From Octopus sinensis (taxonomy: Eukaryota), in the NCBI RefSeq assembly GCF_006345805.1, contig NC_043004.1, forward strand, positions 48,856,001 to 48,920,000: a stretch of 64,000 nucleotides of DNA. Reading direction: 5' to 3'. Shown here piece after piece: positions 63,571 through 64,000 of this stretch. A model generated the notes under the pieces. That model worked only from the letters and a program-made list of their open reading frames with translations. It ran no database searches and had not been told where the DNA came from. Position numbers and translations under genes: made by a program. Every line of letters begins with the position of its first letter. The stretch's first letter is position 1.

Positions 63571-64000
63571 GTATATGTATGTATGTGTGTATACATGTGT
63601 GTGTGTGTGTGTATTTCTTTGTTACATGGGTGCCAAAAAACTGGCCCTATACTTAGCAATTTATCTACCAAACATGAAGAAAAAGATTATATACTAAAGG
63701 TGAAGAGCCATAAGTACACCTAAAGATGGGCATTGAATAATAAAAAGATAAAAAAAAGAAGGATGAATATAATAATATAACAGGTGTAGCTGTGTGGTAA
63801 GCAGCTTGCTGCCCAACCACATGGTTCTGGGTTCAGTCCCACTGCATGGTATCTTGGGCAAGTGTTTTCTATTATAGACTTGGGCTGACCAAAGTTTTGT
63901 GAGTGGATTTGGTAGACAGAAACTAGAAAAAACCCCATCAGACATGTGTGTATGTTAGTGAGTGTGTGTGTGCGTATGTATGTGTGTGTATGTGTGTGTT

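Overview
AT-rich, repeat-saturated eukaryotic genomic DNA. From recall, the SINE/LINE content matches an octopus (coleoid cephalopod) genome; I could not verify this. Most ORFs in the supplied track are microsatellite or SINE artefacts. Host coding signal is sparse: one convincing ATG10-like exon (5474-5600, +), a few unassigned candidate exons (46061-46286 -, 52362-52424 +, 36378-36560 -), and a likely promoter with an RFX X-box next to an NRF1 palindrome (49533-49567). The rest is mobile DNA: two tRNA-derived SINE families, a V-SINE-like element, remnants of RTE, CR1, L1/Tx1-like and CRE-like LINEs, three decayed Tc1/mariner elements, Helitrons, piggyBac-like and Merlin-like MITEs, a 62-bp tandem array and a ~1.35-kb tandem duplication. 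The most notable signal is at least eight type I hammerhead ribozyme motifs of the Penelope-like-element kind (palindromic stem III), from several sequence families. Three have fully intact cores, and two of these lie inside an ~850-bp near-perfect palindrome. No autonomous Penelope ORF is visible in the window.
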